A model generated the notes under the pieces. The model made no database searches. It saw nothing but the letters and a program-made list of their open reading frames with translations, and was not told the origin of the DNA. Shown one piece after another: positions 45,492 to 56,360 of a stretch of DNA of 64,000 nt. How positions within the stretch are numbered: the stretch's first letter is position 1; every line of letters starts with the position of its first letter. The stretch is from assembly GCA_963775685.1 (NCBI GenBank), contig CAVZJV010000014.1:2208001-2272000 (forward strand), given 5' to 3'. A program made the position numbers and the translations under genes. Source of the stretch: Candidatus Bathyarchaeota archaeon. Lineage in GTDB: Archaea > Thermoproteota > Bathyarchaeia > Bathyarchaeales > Bathycorpusculaceae.

Positions 45492-46206
45492 ATGATTGAA
45501 ACAGAACAAATTTCATTACCTATTTCACCCACAAAAAAATACGTTGCTGAATTGATTGAAACAATGGTGCTGGTGCTGATTGGCTGCGGTAGCGCGGTGA
45601 TTGCAGGTTACGCCATTGGATTCTCTGGTATAGCTTTTGCTTTCGGACTTGCTGTGTTAGCTATGGTTTACGCAATAGGCGCAATTTCCGGTTGTCACAT
45701 TAACCCGGCAATTTCAATATCAATGTTGGTTGCAGGAAAACTAACTGCAAAAGATACGGCGTTCTACATCGTTTCTCAATGTGCAGGCGCTATCATCGGT
45801 GCAGGCATACTCTACGCAATAGCTGTTGGAAACCCATCGTTTAATTTAGCGATAAGTGGTTTAGGTCAAAACGGTTATGACCTAGCATCTCCTGCCCGTT
45901 ACTCTTTGGCATCTGGCATTAATTGCTGAAATTGTCTTAACGTTCATATTCGTTTTCGTTGTCCATGGCTCCACCAGCGAACGCGCACCTAAAGGATTTG
46001 CAGGCTTAGCAATCGGCTTAACCCTTGTGCTGATCCACCTTGTTGCGATACCTATTGATGGTACATCCGTTAACCCTGCAAGAAGCTTGGGACCAGCACT
46101 CTTTGCGGGCACCACAGCGTTAAGTCAACTTTGGCTGTTTATTGTGGCACCAATAATAGGTGGAATTCTAGCGGCGGTCGTCTGGAAATTCTTCAAGCAA
46201 AATTAA
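45492..46206 (+). CDS. Aquaporin (MIP family, AqpZ-like), frameshift near 45915
   Basis: [11 protein letters not shown] and second NPA ([13 protein letters not shown]) in the downstream frame. Confidence 0.88.
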
Positions 46207-46243
46207 AAAAATGTATTTTCTTTTTTTATTTTTTTTAGAAAGA

Positions 46244-46390
46244 TTATTTTACAAATTTGGTTGCGTGCCGTTTGAACCGTTTTTTGCAAACTAGGCTGCA
46301 AAAATAGTATGTTTCGCCGTCATAAGAAATTTTGAATTTAGCTGTGTTCTCATCTAGCACCGTTCCGCAAACTGGATCTCTCATTGACAT
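46244..46390 (-). CDS. YHS/TRASH domain micro-protein (48 aa)
   Basis: MSMRDPVCGTVLDENTAKFKISYDGETYYFCSLVCKKRF; not in ORF track. Confidence 0.8.
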   Translation of the reverse strand: MSMRDPVCGTVLDENTAKFKISYDGETYYFCSLVCKKRFKRHATKFVK

Positions 46391-46762
46391 TACTTGTAAG
46401 TAACCCTCAGAGACAAGATTCTCGTTTCTGCCTATTATGGTTAGTGGTGGTGCAAACAGAAAGCAACGGGGCTCTATCTTCTGTTGCTCTTTTTTTTCTT
46501 TAGAACTCTTATATACCTGGGGATTTGTGCCATGTTGGAAGAGTTACGTCCTCTCTTAGGTGACCCTTTCCGTTATGATGGGGAATTCATTCCGACAGAG
46601 TACTGATCGAAAAAATGGCAAAAGTAATTTTAACTTTTTTGTTGAGTCAAACGAGCAGTAAATATTGTCTTTCTCATCGACTACTTATGAATTGTAGAAC
46701 AAATTATTCAATACGTTGCAAAAGGTCGATACATATTAAATAGCTATAAAAAAAAATTCGGA

Positions 46763-47023
46763 TTAGTCATCTTCTGCGTCTGCTTTAGCTAACTCGACTG
46801 AAACTGAGTCGTCGTGGCTAACAGCGTTTTTGCGTGTTTGTTTTTTGCTTGGTGGTTCATCTTCTCTTCCCCTCATGAAGCCTTCTTCAGCAACGGTTAT
46901 CTCGTCGTCGTCCAGCATTTCTTCTCTTTCTTTTGAGTTGTATATGTCGTCAGTTTCTTCTGTTCTGTCAGCCGCTTCTCCAGAAAAGAAGTGCGGCTTG
47001 GGTTTTTTTTTGGCTTGACTCAT
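46763..47023 (-). CDS. Small acidic hypothetical protein
   Basis: DIY..KEREEMLDDDEITVAEEGFMRG; GGAG SD upstream. Confidence 0.65.
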   Translation of the reverse strand: MSQAKKKPKPHFFSGEAADRTEETDDIYNSKEREEMLDDDEITVAEEGFMRGREDEPPSKKQTRKNAVSHDDSVSVELAKADAEDD

Positions 47024-47373
47024 TCTTTATTCTCTCCTTTGTAAGCTTTCAAGCTAATGTTTTACGACTCAACTTGTGCTTTCAACTGCTTTTATGAGTA
47101 TGTGATTGCGGCTTGACAGTCACAATAGTTTCTCTTATCCTGTTAACTTACTTCATAGTTTTTATGTTTTTAATTCTGTTCATCGCAAAAAAAATTTAAT
47201 TAGCCGAAAATTCTGTATTTTTTGGTGGCAAACTGCATGTTTTTATGATAAAACACTAATTTCAATGTGTCTTTGCTTGAAATCTTGCTAAACCTTTTTA
47301 TACGCGCCAACCCATTTTTGGGCTGTCACATTAATCATGCTATCACCAAAGCTTTGAAGCTTTTAGAGACATC

Positions 47374-48561
47374 ATGAAAAATCCTGTGGCAGAAGAAACA
47401 AAAAGTATGCAAATTCAATCATTTAAGGACTTGCCATTATCAGGAGAAGTCCTAAAAAGTATAGAAGAACTCGGGTTTGATAGTCTTTTTCCAATTCAAG
47501 CTCAAGCAATAATTCCCTTGCTCGAAGGCAAAGATGTTGTCGGGCAAGCACAAACTGGAACAGGGAAGACAGCCGCATTCGGCATACCCATGGTTCAACG
47601 TTTAAACCGTGAAATCCGCGGCGTTCAAGGACTAATTTTGGTTCCAACCCGCGAGTTAGCCGTGCAAGTAGCTGAACAAATGGGGCTTTTTGCAAAATAC
47701 GCAAAACTGAAGGTTTTAGCCGTTTACGGTGGGGAATCAATCAACAAGCAAATCCACTCACTATCCAGTGGAGTCCACATAGTTGTAGGCACACCGGGAA
47801 GGTTAATCGACCTTATGGAAAGGCGCGTTCTGAATCTTTCGTCCGTGAGGATAGCGGTTCTTGACGAAGCTGATCGAATGCTTGACATGGGCTTCACTGA
47901 AGATGTTGAGTTTATTCTCTCAAAAACCCCTAGAGACCGCCAAACCAGCTTATTCTCCGCCACCATCGATGAATCAGTCATGCGCGTCTGCAACAAATAC
48001 ATGAAAAATCCGCAGAAGATTCTTGTTAGCAAAGATGAAATCGCTCTCACCCAGATGAAACAACTCTACACCGTTGTCAACCAAAATGGCAAATTTGGTA
48101 CATTATGCGACATCCTTCATGATGACCGAGTGGATAAAGCTATAATTTTCTGTCGGACTCGAAGAGAAACCAGTAGACTCTCAGACCAGCTCTACCGCAA
48201 AGGCTGCCGTGTGCAAGCACTCCATGCAGGTTTCACGCAAGCCCAAAGGGACCGTGCAATCAACGATTTCCGATGTGGCCGAACAAACTTGCTCGTAGCA
48301 ACCGATGTTGCTGCAAGGGGTTTAGACATCGAAGGCATAACTCACATAATCAACTATGACGTACCCAATGACCCACCAGTATATTTCCATCGCATTGGCA
48401 GAACCGCACGCAAAGGCGAAGAAGGAACAGCAATTACACTTGTAAGCTACGGTGAAATGTCAAACTTTAACAACATCAAATGTTTGACTAAGACCAGAAT
48501 CGAAGAAGTCAAATCCGCAACCGCCACAAAAGACGAATCGCCAATCCAAAGCTTCTATTAA
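47374..48561 (+). CDS. DEAD-box RNA helicase
   Basis: AQTGTGKT, PTRELA, TPGR, DEAD, SAT, ARGLD, HRIGRTAR. Confidence 0.95.
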   Translation: MKNPVAEETKSMQIQSFKDLPLSGEVLKSIEELGFDSLFPIQAQAIIPLLEGKDVVGQAQTGTGKTAAFGIPMVQRLNREIRGVQGLILVPTRELAVQVAEQMGLFAKYAKLKVLAVYGGESINKQIHSLSSGVHIVVGTPGRLIDLMERRVLNLSSVRIAVLDEADRMLDMGFTEDVEFILSKTPRDRQTSLFSATIDESVMRVCNKYMKNPQKILVSKDEIALTQMKQLYTVVNQNGKFGTLCDILHDDRVDKAIIFCRTRRETSRLSDQLYRKGCRVQALHAGFTQAQRDRAINDFRCGRTNLLVATDVAARGLDIEGITHIINYDVPNDPPVYFHRIGRTARKGEEGTAITLVSYGEMSNFNNIKCLTKTRIEEVKSATATKDESPIQSFY

Positions 48562-48646
48562 GGAGCTTTTTTCACTTTTCTTATTTTTTTCTTTTTGATT
48601 GTTATTTCATTAAACTTAAAAGTCCATCACCCCTTATTGTTGAGTT

Positions 48647-49576
48647 ATGAGCAAACTCTTAGGGCGCCTGTTTCAGGGCTTAGTTGGGTTTACAAATAAG
48701 AGTTTGATAAAAAACCTCATTGTAACTACCCTTGTTATCCTTTTGATATTTGTCCAAATCTTCTTTCCTTATCAGTATTATGCGTCAGCAGACAAAAACG
48801 GGAGTTCCCCCTTCCAAGTCGGAATTCACTATGTGTATGAGCAGGATGAGCTTGACCAGATATATAGCCAAGTTAGCCGTATCCACGACTTAGGTTTCAA
48901 AGCCATTCGGATAACGCTTGAATGTGATCCGGCCGATTACAATCACATCCAAAACCAGAAAACCGACATGTTCTTTTCCGCCACTGATAATTACGGTATC
49001 GCTGTGGCGCTTGTGGTCAAAAACCTTGAGTTAACCGACAAGGTGGACTATTACCTTAATCGTTGGGGGAGTCATCTCAAATACATCCAAGTTATGAATG
49101 AGCCAGAATCGTCCTCAACATGGTCTGTTGGTTCAATATTTACTGATGACGAAATAATCACCAACTTTGAAACACTATACAAAACTGTTGAGGCGCATAA
49201 TCTTCCAGCCCAACTCTACACAAACTTCGGAATCGGATACCTTATACGAAGCAATGTGCCAATCGAGATAAGTAAAAAACTTGATTTCGTCGGTTTAGAT
49301 GTCTTTATGGATTCATTTCTCGTGGTGTCACCGCATATAATTCAGAATTTGCATAAAATAACTAATAGAGATGTGCTGATAACGGAGTTTGGCATGTCAA
49401 CAGGCAACAGCCAAGCTCAAAGCGACTTCATCATAAAAGGGCTCAACCTCTTTAAGAGTATGGGGCTTAAGGGCTGCTGGTTGGTTTATTGGAATAGCGC
49501 ATTTGACAGTTATGGAATTCGAGATAGGCCCTCGGAACAAGCGGTAGGCGACTGGATTGCTAAAAATGCTAACTGA
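48647..49576 (+). CDS. Membrane-anchored putative glycoside hydrolase (clan GH-A-like TIM barrel)
   Basis: LGFKAIR, QVMNEPE (acid/base-like), ITEFG (nucleophile-like). Confidence 0.6.
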   Translation: MSKLLGRLFQGLVGFTNKSLIKNLIVTTLVILLIFVQIFFPYQYYASADKNGSSPFQVGIHYVYEQDELDQIYSQVSRIHDLGFKAIRITLECDPADYNHIQNQKTDMFFSATDNYGIAVALVVKNLELTDKVDYYLNRWGSHLKYIQVMNEPESSSTWSVGSIFTDDEIITNFETLYKTVEAHNLPAQLYTNFGIGYLIRSNVPIEISKKLDFVGLDVFMDSFLVVSPHIIQNLHKITNRDVLITEFGMSTGNSQAQSDFIIKGLNLFKSMGLKGCWLVYWNSAFDSYGIRDRPSEQAVGDWIAKNAN

Positions 49577-50009
49577 AAATAAACTGCTTAGCTACGTTCG
49601 GAGTTTGCGGTTAGTGGTAAAACTGCTCATTCAAGGCTTAGCTTTAGCCATCGTGTTACTCGTTGTCCAGACACAATTAGATGGTGCACGGCAGTCTTTT
49701 ATGTCCTATATGCCGCCGATTGGGCTTGCTCTTCTACTATTCACTACATACCTAGTTCAGCCAATACTTCTGGGCGTATTAAACATCGTACTCATAAACA
49801 TGTTCTATGGCACCAAGGGTTGGCAAGTGGGCTTTTGGTTAAACGGCATCTTTCTGCTGCTTGTGTTCTCAACCGTTAACCTTTTGCTACAAACCGTGCT
49901 AAATATCTCCTTTACCGCAACAGCCATTGTTGACGTTGTTTTGCTGGCGTTTCCGTTTGGATGCATAGCAAGGTTCAGCAACGGCGGATGGAAAAAACCT
50001 ATAGACTAA
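49557..50009 (+). CDS. Hypothetical membrane protein
   Basis: Four hydrophobic segments; overlaps the upstream gene. Confidence 0.6.
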   Translation: MLKMLTENKLLSYVRSLRLVVKLLIQGLALAIVLLVVQTQLDGARQSFMSYMPPIGLALLLFTTYLVQPILLGVLNIVLINMFYGTKGWQVGFWLNGIFLLLVFSTVNLLLQTVLNISFTATAIVDVVLLAFPFGCIARFSNGGWKKPID

Positions 50010-50106
50010 AGATATATTGACTTGATTGGGAACCTATTTTTATTTGAAATTGCTATTGGGGTAGTGAAAGCAGCTTTCAAACGCTTAATGGTTTGGTGGG
50101 TCTTAT

Positions 50107-51309
50107 TTGAGGAGATTGATTGGTTTGGTCCTGGCAGTTATCCTTATCGTATCCTCAGTTTTTGCCACTATACACTTTCTAAACATTAACCAGCCCCCAG
50201 CATATCAGAAAGCAGGTTTTCATGTGGGCGTCTCTTTTTGTGGTAACACAACTGCAGAAGCCAAACTTCTCATAGACAGAGTGAAAACTTATACCAACCT
50301 CTTTGTTGTGCAGTCTGGTCCGGTTAGCGTCAACGAAACCGCTATGAACGAAATAGTCAATTATGCTGTTGATTCCAAGTTGGATGTTATTGTTTTCTTT
50401 GGTTATTTCTACCCTAACATAACCTGGCAAATACCTTGGCTTGACTATGCTAAGCAGCAGTGGGGGAACAAGTTTTTGGGTATTTATCTTAATGACGAAC
50501 CTGCGGGACAAACAATTGACGCAAACTGGAACAGCTACTTTATTCAACAGAAAATTCGCAATTCCTCAGCTTACTACACGCATGTGCCAGAAATTGACCT
50601 TCAACTCAACGGCACCCTGCCTCCTGATAATAATGAGGCTACCCTTCATTTTCTCGATGCTGTCGAAACAAGTTTAGGACTAAACCAGTTGGAAAGCCGC
50701 GAAATCCCCTCTTTCACCTCTGACTATGTCCTCTACTGGTTTGATTTCAAAGGCGGCTACGACACCTTATTTGCCGAGTTTGGTTCGAACGCAAGCATAG
50801 TCCAAAACATAGCGTTGAACAGAGGTGCGGCGCGGCTGCAGAACAAAACTTGGGGAACCATAATAACTTGGACCTACAACCAACCACCCTACATAGTGGA
50901 CGGCACAGAAATGTACAACCAACTCATAACCGCCTACAAGTCGGGTTCAAAATATGCCGTAATCTTTGACTACCCACAAATAGAAGGCAACCCTTACGGA
51001 ATCCTAACCGACCAACATTTTATTGCGTTGGAGACTTTCTGGAACAAAATACAGACTCTCCCCGTCAACGACCCGCCCAAGGCAGTTTTGGTTTTGCCAC
51101 ATGATTACGGCTGGGGCATGAGAATGCCACAGGAACCTGTTTGGGGACTGTGGGCTCCAGACAATACTTCGGCGCAAATATGGAACATAACCCAGAACCT
51201 CTTAGCTCAATACCGTACAGGAGTGGACATAATCTATGAAGATGCACAGTTTCCGGTAGAAGGAAAAGGATACCAACAGGTTTACTACTGGAACCAAACC
51301 CTGTCATAG
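50107..51309 (+). CDS. Membrane-anchored hypothetical protein (possible TIM-barrel hydrolase), paralog of the 24181-25383 pseudogene
   Basis: N-terminal TM; FLGIYLNDEP, TSDYVLYWFD, RGAA..QNK.WG motifs. Confidence 0.7.
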   Translation: MRRLIGLVLAVILIVSSVFATIHFLNINQPPAYQKAGFHVGVSFCGNTTAEAKLLIDRVKTYTNLFVVQSGPVSVNETAMNEIVNYAVDSKLDVIVFFGYFYPNITWQIPWLDYAKQQWGNKFLGIYLNDEPAGQTIDANWNSYFIQQKIRNSSAYYTHVPEIDLQLNGTLPPDNNEATLHFLDAVETSLGLNQLESREIPSFTSDYVLYWFDFKGGYDTLFAEFGSNASIVQNIALNRGAARLQNKTWGTIITWTYNQPPYIVDGTEMYNQLITAYKSGSKYAVIFDYPQIEGNPYGILTDQHFIALETFWNKIQTLPVNDPPKAVLVLPHDYGWGMRMPQEPVWGLWAPDNTSAQIWNITQNLLAQYRTGVDIIYEDAQFPVEGKGYQQVYYWNQTLS

Positions 51310-51413
51310 GTAGTCTAGGGCTTTGCCTTCAACTAGAATTGATTATGTTCTAAACTGGCAGGGTTCTAATCTGAGAAGCGTCTGTAAATGGAACCAAGCG
51401 TTAACAGGAATAT

Positions 51414-52662
51414 TCAATACGAATCAACAAGGTAGGGTTTTAGTTTTGCGAAGACCTTGATTTCTTCTCTTATTTTTTCTTCAGCTTGGTCTCGTTCCAT
51501 ATCCCATGTTTCTTTCATGAAAACAGCAACTCTACCGATCCAAAGTATTCTTAGTGCATCCAACAATATTACTGCGGCTCTGGGTTCTTTGTGTTCTCTG
51601 TGGAATGCTTGCGATAAACGTGTAGACTGTTTTTGCCCAGATCTCTGAAGGAAAGTCAACTTTAGATAATTCAAGTTTTTTTAACTCTTCAAATTTGGTT
51701 TGAATGTCTTTACTTAATAGTGACCTATAAGTAGGAGCATAATTGTCATAGTTGGATTTAAACGCATTAATCGTGTTCGACAAAGAAACGTTAACTGGTT
51801 TGGGAACACTATCATATTTGTCTTCACCGATCTTTTCTGTCTCGGCGATGCCGCTGATTTTTTTCCAAACTGGCTCGTAATTCTCTATGCATGTGAACAT
51901 GGTACCCGTTACTTGCCTGAACATGCCAGCTAGTTGGCTAGATGGGTCTTTGGGGTCATGTTCTTTTATCCCTAAAGATGCCTCCGTAATTTTGAATCCT
52001 TTTGCCAATGCGGTATGAGTTTCAAAGATGTCTATCCCAAAGCGGCTTACATAAGGATAATCCCACATGGGCGAATCTAAAATCTCTTCTATTAGTCTCC
52101 TTGATAGGCCAAAGTCTCCTCCTATTGGTTGTCTAACGTTTTTGCCAAAAAGAGATGCCGTTAGTGGGTAACAAAGGAAATTCGTAATAGTTCCGTCGTA
52201 TTTGCTTCGATTATATAAGGGAGCTACAAAATCAGTTCCTGTCATTGTAGGCGCAATTAGTAACTTTATCCACTCGGGTGTTATGCTCCGCAGATCGGAA
52301 TCAACAAGCGCTACACTTTTTACCTGAAGGTAGCGAGCTGCCTCGAAAATTGCTTGTACTGCTGTTCCTTTTCCCGAGGCTCCAATGTAAATAGTTGGAA
52401 TTAACTTGATATTGGCTGATTGTATATCGATTTTTTTAACTGAGGTCAATGTTTCATCGCCAGACCCGCCGTCTGAAACAAAAATCACGGACTTATAGTC
52501 TGGAAAATGTTTATCCAACCCCTCAACGATCTGAGATACCACATAGTTTGCGGTAACTACGTTGTTGTAGGAAGGCATGCCCACAAGAATATCTGCGGTG
52601 CTTATTTCCTGCAAATACTTGGAGGCTTTATTGGAAGAAATTAAGCTTACATCTTTGTTCAT
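51414..52662 (-). CDS. Glycosyltransferase, glucosylglycerate/mannosylglycerate synthase-like (frameshift near 51600)
   Basis: DILVGMPSYNN, SDGGSGDET, GKGTA, VDSDLRSITPEW, YDGTITN, RQPIGGDF, FGIDI. Confidence 0.8.
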
Positions 52663-52897
52663 TGTTACCACCCGCCTAAAAATCCTCATTAATAGTTCAT
52701 AAAATTTGCTCTAAAATGTATACTTGAACTATGTGCGCGCTTGAATGACTCATCATTAATGCAGACAACTCTTTTTTTACATTTGTATGCAGATATTTGA
52801 AACCAGTATCAAATTACTATAACGCGGGTTTTTTATGATACAAACTCTCCGAAACTTTTATACATAATTTTTCCCATTTAACTATTGGTGCCAGATT

Positions 52898-53737
52898 TTG
52901 GTAGATATTATAGGACTTTTGAACAATATTGCTGCCGATATCGTCAATGCAATTCCAGCTATAATCGCCGCAGTCATCATTATTGCGATTGGTTATGGCG
53001 TCGGAACTTTAGTGGGAAGAGCGGTAAATACAATTGTCGAAAAACTAGGCATGGAAAAAAGCTTTGACCAAACGGTTACGGGGAAATCTTTCAGATCCGC
53101 AGGTCTTGACCTGTCTAATTTTATTGGAGCAGTCACCAAAGCGTTCATAATAATATTGTCGATAATTCTAGCGATTCAGGTATTGAATGTTGGAGGAACA
53201 TTCGGATCGTATCTTGCAACAATAGCCGATTATTTGCCAAGGCTACTTGGAGGTATACTTATAATAGTCTTTGGCACGGTGTTCGTGGATTTTCTGGCGA
53301 CATTTATAGGCAAAATGCTACGGCCTATGTTTCCTGAAGCTAAAGTGGAAATAGCTGATATGCTCAAGAACTTGTTGCTAATTGGACTAATTGCATTCAT
53401 AATTCTGCTTGCCCTCGATACTATGCTTCTCTCAGGAAACACAATCTATCCGCTAATTCTTGGCTTTGTAATAATAGGCGCCGGAATAGCCTTAACTGAT
53501 ACATTGATAAAGTCAATCACAGATGATCATTCCGAGTTCAAAACAGTCGCAGGCTACGCGAAATTCGTCTTATACAGCATATTCTTAATTATCGGTGCTG
53601 GTGCAATCTTCGCTACTTTTCCTGGTGTCACAGATGTCATCGCAAATATTTCTTGGGCTTTTGCTATTGCACTTGCAATAATGCTCATTCCAGTTGGATA
53701 TGCAATGGCTAAAAAAATATCTAAAGAAATAATCTAA
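52898..53737 (+). CDS. TM_helix-repeat membrane protein (MscS/CmpX-associated type)
   Basis: Repeated IPAIIAAVIIIAIG / YLPRLLGGILII units. Confidence 0.7.
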   Translation: MVDIIGLLNNIAADIVNAIPAIIAAVIIIAIGYGVGTLVGRAVNTIVEKLGMEKSFDQTVTGKSFRSAGLDLSNFIGAVTKAFIIILSIILAIQVLNVGGTFGSYLATIADYLPRLLGGILIIVFGTVFVDFLATFIGKMLRPMFPEAKVEIADMLKNLLLIGLIAFIILLALDTMLLSGNTIYPLILGFVIIGAGIALTDTLIKSITDDHSEFKTVAGYAKFVLYSIFLIIGAGAIFATFPGVTDVIANISWAFAIALAIMLIPVGYAMAKKISKEII

Positions 53738-53827
53738 ACCCCCGACTTTTTTTTTAAAAAAAATGCCGAAGGTATTTTAAAATTATTTGGTTGAGACTTA
53801 GTATCTATAAGTTGTAGTTTTTAGCAG

Positions 53828-54796
53828 TTAGCTACTTTGGTCGTTTTTTTCTTGTTTGACATGAATTGGTGGGAACCCCGTTATGTTAATTGTTGAGGAT
53901 GCTATTTTGATTTTTTCAGATTTTTCAATTTCGCTAAGAATTATTCGGCTAAGCCGATCATGCAGGTTTCTTCGACTCCTAACTTCAGTTACGTACCTAA
54001 TTCCCAGTGTTATCCAGTTATCTGTTAGAGTTACGAAAATAGTGGGTTCTAAGGATCTTTTTGTGAAATAGTACTTGCCTTCTAATTTCTCCATTATTCT
54101 TTGTGCGTTAGCGCATATTTGTTCAGTTTCTATCTTTACAATGTCAAGAATCTTGGTGGTTGCTTCTTTCCAGTCGCTATCATATGTTATGGGGATTGTT
54201 AGTTCATCCCACATGAAATCAAAGTCTCGAGTATAGTTCTGAACTGTGCCTGTTAAGACGGTTCCGTTTGGAATAATTGTTAATCTCCCGGTGTTTTGGT
54301 CTCCTACAACCCATTCCCGAGTTTCCATTAAAGTTGTATAGAAAAGGCCAACGTCGATTACGTCTCCAAATTTGTTGTTAAGTTCAATTCTGTCGCCAAC
54401 TCGGTAAATCCCATTCAAAAATACCATTACTCCTCCGATAAAATTTTTAAAAATGTCCTGTAATGCAAAGGCGATTGCAGCTCCAATTAATCCTAAAGCG
54501 ATAAGGATACTTTGTGTCTCAACTATCCATACACTAATGAAGGCAATTAAAAAAACAGCTATGCTCAAGATTGAAATTACTTTTCTTAAAGAGTATCTTG
54601 TTTTTGAATCTTTGATTTTGTTAGTTATTAGCTCTTCGAACAAAATTTCAAAAAGAAAGTAGATTATTGCCAAAGCAATAATGCTGTAGCTTATTTTTAG
54701 TAAATACTGGTCAGGATACTTGAAGTTGACAAACCATGATAGAACGCTTAGAAGTATAAGAGACAACAAAATGAGTAGTCTGGAGCGTCTAACCAA
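53828..54796 (-). CDS. mscS: Small-conductance mechanosensitive channel
   Basis: GAAIAFALQD..NF.GG, YRVGDRIE, GDVIDVG, IIPN. Confidence 0.9.
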   Translation of the reverse strand: MVRRSRLLILLSLILLSVLSWFVNFKYPDQYLLKISYSIIALAIIYFLFEILFEELITNKIKDSKTRYSLRKVISILSIAVFLIAFISVWIVETQSILIALGLIGAAIAFALQDIFKNFIGGVMVFLNGIYRVGDRIELNNKFGDVIDVGLFYTTLMETREWVVGDQNTGRLTIIPNGTVLTGTVQNYTRDFDFMWDELTIPITYDSDWKEATTKILDIVKIETEQICANAQRIMEKLEGKYYFTKRSLEPTIFVTLTDNWITLGIRYVTEVRSRRNLHDRLSRIILSEIEKSEKIKIASSTINITGFPPIHVKQEKNDQSS

Positions 54797-55042
54797 GCTA
54801 TTTTCCCTAAATTATATTCCGTGGAGGCTGTATTTATATTGTGTTTTCTTTTTTTTGGTCAATTTCAAAAATAGTCTTTTTAGAAATTCTCGAGGACAAG
54901 CATACTTGAAGATGGACCCTTGCCGAATTGAAGAATTTTTCCACAATTATCCCTGATTACCGCTATGCTAAAATACGATTCAGTCATAAAGCACTCTGTT
55001 GCTTGACCTGCCTACGGGTCGCAATTAATTTACTGGGGACCT

Positions 55043-56182
55043 TTGAAAATGACAGAGACATCAGAGCGTATTGTTACTCGCGGACTACGAAATGTCCATG
55101 CTGCTGAAACTAAAATCAGCTTTGTAGACCCAAACGGCGCCCTTTACTATTTAGGCTACAACATTGACGACCTCATAGAATACGTTTCCTATGAAGAAGT
55201 CGCATTTCTATTAATTAACAAAAAACTACCTACAAAAAAAGAATTGAGTGACTTCAAGTTGCTTCTTGAGTCAGAGATGAATCTGCCGGAGGCATCGATT
55301 AGAAGCCTCGAATCCAACTCAAAGTTCTGCCATCCCATGGAAGTTTTACGTACAGAAGTTTCACGCTTCAGCCAATTTGACCCTGACTGCAACGATAATT
55401 CGATAACTGCAAACAAAAGACGGGCTATTCAGTTAGTGGCTAAGGTTCCCACGTTGGTGGCTGCCCTTCATAGGGTACGCAACAACCAAAAACCGCTCGC
55501 TGCAGTGAAGGAATTTGGTTTTGCGGAAAATTTTCTCTACATGGTACGCGGAATTCACGCAGACGCTGAAGAGAAAAGAGCTATTGACCGATTCATGACG
55601 CTGCATGCTGACCATGATTTTAACGCTTCAACCTTTGCGGCCCGGGTAACAGCAAGTACCAACTCAGACGTTTATTCCGCAGTCACTTCCGCTATTGGCA
55701 CTCTCAAAGGTCCTCTGCATGGAGGTGCCAGTGAGAAAGTAATGCACATGTTAGACAACATAAATACTGAAGAAGAAGTGGACGCTTACATCCAAGGCAT
55801 GCTAGATGACCAAAAAAAGATAATGGGTTTTGGTCACAGAATATATAAAACAGAAGACCCACGAACAAAGCATCTGAGAGGTATGGCTGAACAGTTGTGC
55901 CACCACAAGAATTCCTTAAAAATCTATAATTTGTCTCTTAAAATTGAGAATGTTGTTCATGAGAAAAAGAAGATTTTTCCCAACGTAGATTTCTATGCTG
56001 CTGTGACGTTAAATACCCTTGGGGTTTCATCAGAATTCTTTACCCCGTTTTTTGCTTCGAGCAGAATCTCTGGGTGGGCGGCTCATATATTGGAGCAGTA
56101 TGAAGATGCGGTTCTTCTGCGTCCTTCTTCAAAATATGTTGGCGAATTCGACAGACTGTTTCTTCCAATCGAACAAAGGTGA
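55043..56182 (+). CDS. Citrate (Si)-synthase / methylcitrate synthase family
   Basis: HADHDFNASTF, LKGPLHGGA, MGFGHRIYKTEDPR, PNVDFY. Confidence 0.92.
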   Translation: MKMTETSERIVTRGLRNVHAAETKISFVDPNGALYYLGYNIDDLIEYVSYEEVAFLLINKKLPTKKELSDFKLLLESEMNLPEASIRSLESNSKFCHPMEVLRTEVSRFSQFDPDCNDNSITANKRRAIQLVAKVPTLVAALHRVRNNQKPLAAVKEFGFAENFLYMVRGIHADAEEKRAIDRFMTLHADHDFNASTFAARVTASTNSDVYSAVTSAIGTLKGPLHGGASEKVMHMLDNINTEEEVDAYIQGMLDDQKKIMGFGHRIYKTEDPRTKHLRGMAEQLCHHKNSLKIYNLSLKIENVVHEKKKIFPNVDFYAAVTLNTLGVSSEFFTPFFASSRISGWAAHILEQYEDAVLLRPSSKYVGEFDRLFLPIEQR

Positions 56183-56360
56183 GGTAAACATTCTAGATTC
56201 TTTTTATTGTCATGGGTATTAGACTTTTAGCCTATTTTTCGACTTTTATGCTGTTAATTGTTCGGATAGCACCATTATCTGTAAGAGGAGTGCGTCCTCT
56301 AATTCTCTTGTCAGTGGCCAAGGTGTTGAGTGGAAGGGGTTTGAACCCTTGAATCCCAAC

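Noticed and set aside
51318-51369. Hairpin between convergent genes
   Set aside because: Wobble-rich and short; likely an ordinary 3'-end structure
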